Assembly (NCBI GenBank): GCA_977030845.1
Contig: OZ365112.1
Coordinates: 6,262,001-6,326,000, forward strand
Length of the DNA stretch: 64,000 nucleotides
Direction: 5' to 3'
Source of the DNA: Fimbriosthenelais zetlandica
Lineage: Eukaryota
This document shows positions 61,947-64,000 of the stretch, in pieces. A program made the translations under genes and the position numbers. Positions within the stretch are counted from its first letter, which is position 1. Each line of letters opens with the position of its first letter. The notes beneath the pieces are model-generated. The model saw only the letters and a list, made by a program, of their open reading frames with translations, made no database searches and had not been told where the DNA came from.

Positions 61947-64000
61947 GATTAATCTAATTTATATTTAATAAGGAAATGTTTGGAAAATTGTTGGACACCA
62001 AAATATTATTGATAAGTTCTGGGTGAGAGATCTGCTGGAGTTGTGACTCTCCCATTGAGGTTGCATTTGGTGAGCACATTATTATAAAGTCATTCCTGAT
62101 AGTCAAACTTGGGCTCTTGTGTCAAATATAAAGAAGTATGGATAAAATGACTGGCCATTAAAATGTATAATAGCTAACTTACTTTGTATGGAAGACCAAT
62201 TTTGATACCAACCTATCAAAATACCTTAAGAAATCCAAGAATATGATATTTATCTATTTTTCTTTGAAATGGAAATGAAAGTTATCCTTAGTTCCTTCTG
62301 TATAAAATCTGCTGACTTTGAAATATATATAAAGTGGTCTTCGTACCTCAAGGGAAAAGTGCCTTACAAGCAATCTTCCTACCGCTTACTAAGCTTGGAT
62401 GAAATGTAATGCATGTATTTGCAGAAGGGTTTCTCACAGAATTTGTTACACCATGGTTTATATATGGAACCCAGTACTGGCTTCATTTTGTCTTGGGAAA
62501 TTTCACTTTAAATCATTTATATTTTTTGGTATTATGTATATATACGGTCTTCCATTTTCACAGATCTCGTAGTTTTGAGCCACTTATGCCTTTGTATGTA
62601 GTTGATGGTTGCAGATTGGTTAAATTGTATGATAATGCTATCAACATGTCCATTAACAGATAAGAGATTGATCTATTATAACAGGATATATTAGAGCCCA
62701 TACTGTGACATTGTGCCTGGGTTTAACCGCTATTGTAAATTATCTCTACAATCTATGTCATTCCTCTTCATGAAACATTCCTTTGTTGAAACGGATTTAC
62801 TACCCGGAACATCTGGTCTATGTACCATGTTTTTTTTCCCTTTTCACTTTCCTCTGACATTCCCTTGGGAGCTCACGTTACTGCCTTTTGCTGGTAACAT
62901 TTTCTTTTGAAATGAAGAAATTCTATATATTGGTATACTACTTTAATTCTATGCTAAGCTGAACTAATTTGTCCAAGCTATGTTGACTTTTGTATAAACC
63001 AAACTTACACCGTATGTTCCTAGTCACACAGACCTGTGCCCTACACTGGGCGCAGTATTATTGACTCCCTATCAACAAGTCACCGTGCATCCTGTAGTGG
63101 ATTCATATCGGGTTTTATTTTAGTAATAACTAGTGGAAATCCTACTTATATTACATATTAATTTACTTTATTGGGCATAATCCCTTTTTCGCTGATTTCA
63201 TTGTCTATGATATTTTCCCCGTATATATGGGGTATTTTTGTATAAAGGCAATTGGCTATATTCAGCCAAAAGGCCTGATGGAATTCGGTAAATATTTGCT
63301 ATTATAAAGAGTGTGTACTTCAGCGCTTCCATTCTGTTTTATCTAATGTAAATGTTATACTTGGAATACATAGAACAGATAGTCCCGATACCCTGAATGG
63401 GTGAGAGTGCTGACATCTAACTATGAAGTTAGCACTTGCATTTCCTCAGTCCAGCCTGCTATGTATTCAACTTGTATGGAAGCTGGCTGTGCTGCCTTTA
63501 TTCAGAATAACACAACTTTCATTACATCAGTTGCCTTGAATTAGCCACACACTACATACTGTGCCTTATGTCAGTGCCTTATTACACAAAAAGAATGACA
63601 TATTCCTGATTATTTTTGTTGTGAATATGTAAATGTACAGGTTAAAATATATTTTATATTACTGAGATGTCTTCCTGCATTGAAAGGTAATTGACTCGTA
63701 GAGCTGAGAGGATGGTTGGTATATGTTTGGTTCTTCTGATTTTTTTTGTAAATATCGTTATTGAAATGACATCAAAGGTTGTTCAAAATAGCTGTATAGG
63801 CAGGTTTGGTGTAAATTTCAACTAGGAAAAGTGTTAATTTAAATTTGTATGTCCATTCAATGTTCATGTTTTTGTTTATTAAGTTGGACTTTGAGTAATT
63901 AGTTAGTTTGTGATGCTGCATGACTTACTCTAAAATATATGCAGTTGATTATAATTTTGATGGGAATGGTGACTTAAGTTGAAAGATTCTGTTATCGTTT

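Noticed and set aside
1-64000. tRNA, rRNA, snRNA, snoRNA or miRNA-cluster genes
   Set aside because: None recognisable by eye; tRNAscan-SE and Infernal/Rfam would be needed to exclude snoRNAs or miRNAs in the introns.

Overview
Eukaryotic (metazoan, probably invertebrate; an invertebrate deuterostome is my inference) genomic DNA with GT-AG introns, AT-rich introns and many decayed transposon relics. The main feature is a complete ZGRF1 orthologue on the + strand. I assembled it by hand from 29 coding exons (17022..56761; 10008 nt, 3335 aa, all splice phases consistent): N-terminal DUF2439, a very long low-complexity linker carried by 4804-nt and 1887-nt exons, a GRF zinc finger, and a UPF1/DNA2-like SF1 helicase with intact motifs. 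A non-coding first exon (~14820..14971) sits in a compact bidirectional promoter shared with an unidentified - strand gene; only that gene's putative first exon is visible. Downstream is an MFSD6L-like transporter with a single coding exon (59979..61946). Bases 1-13.2 kb and the large ZGRF1 introns hold piggyBac, LINE and DIRS-like relics, short inverted-repeat elements and small tandem duplications. No rRNA, tRNA or CRISPR array was seen, and I found no convincing new multi-gene system. The most unusual signals are: a dense cluster of TAGGCCTA palindromes on both flanks of the bidirectional promoter; a uORF-packed ZGRF1 leader; candidate short linear motifs in the expanded ZGRF1 linker; and a furin-type site in the mucin-like luminal loop of MFSD6L. 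All homology calls come from recalled family motifs, not database searches.
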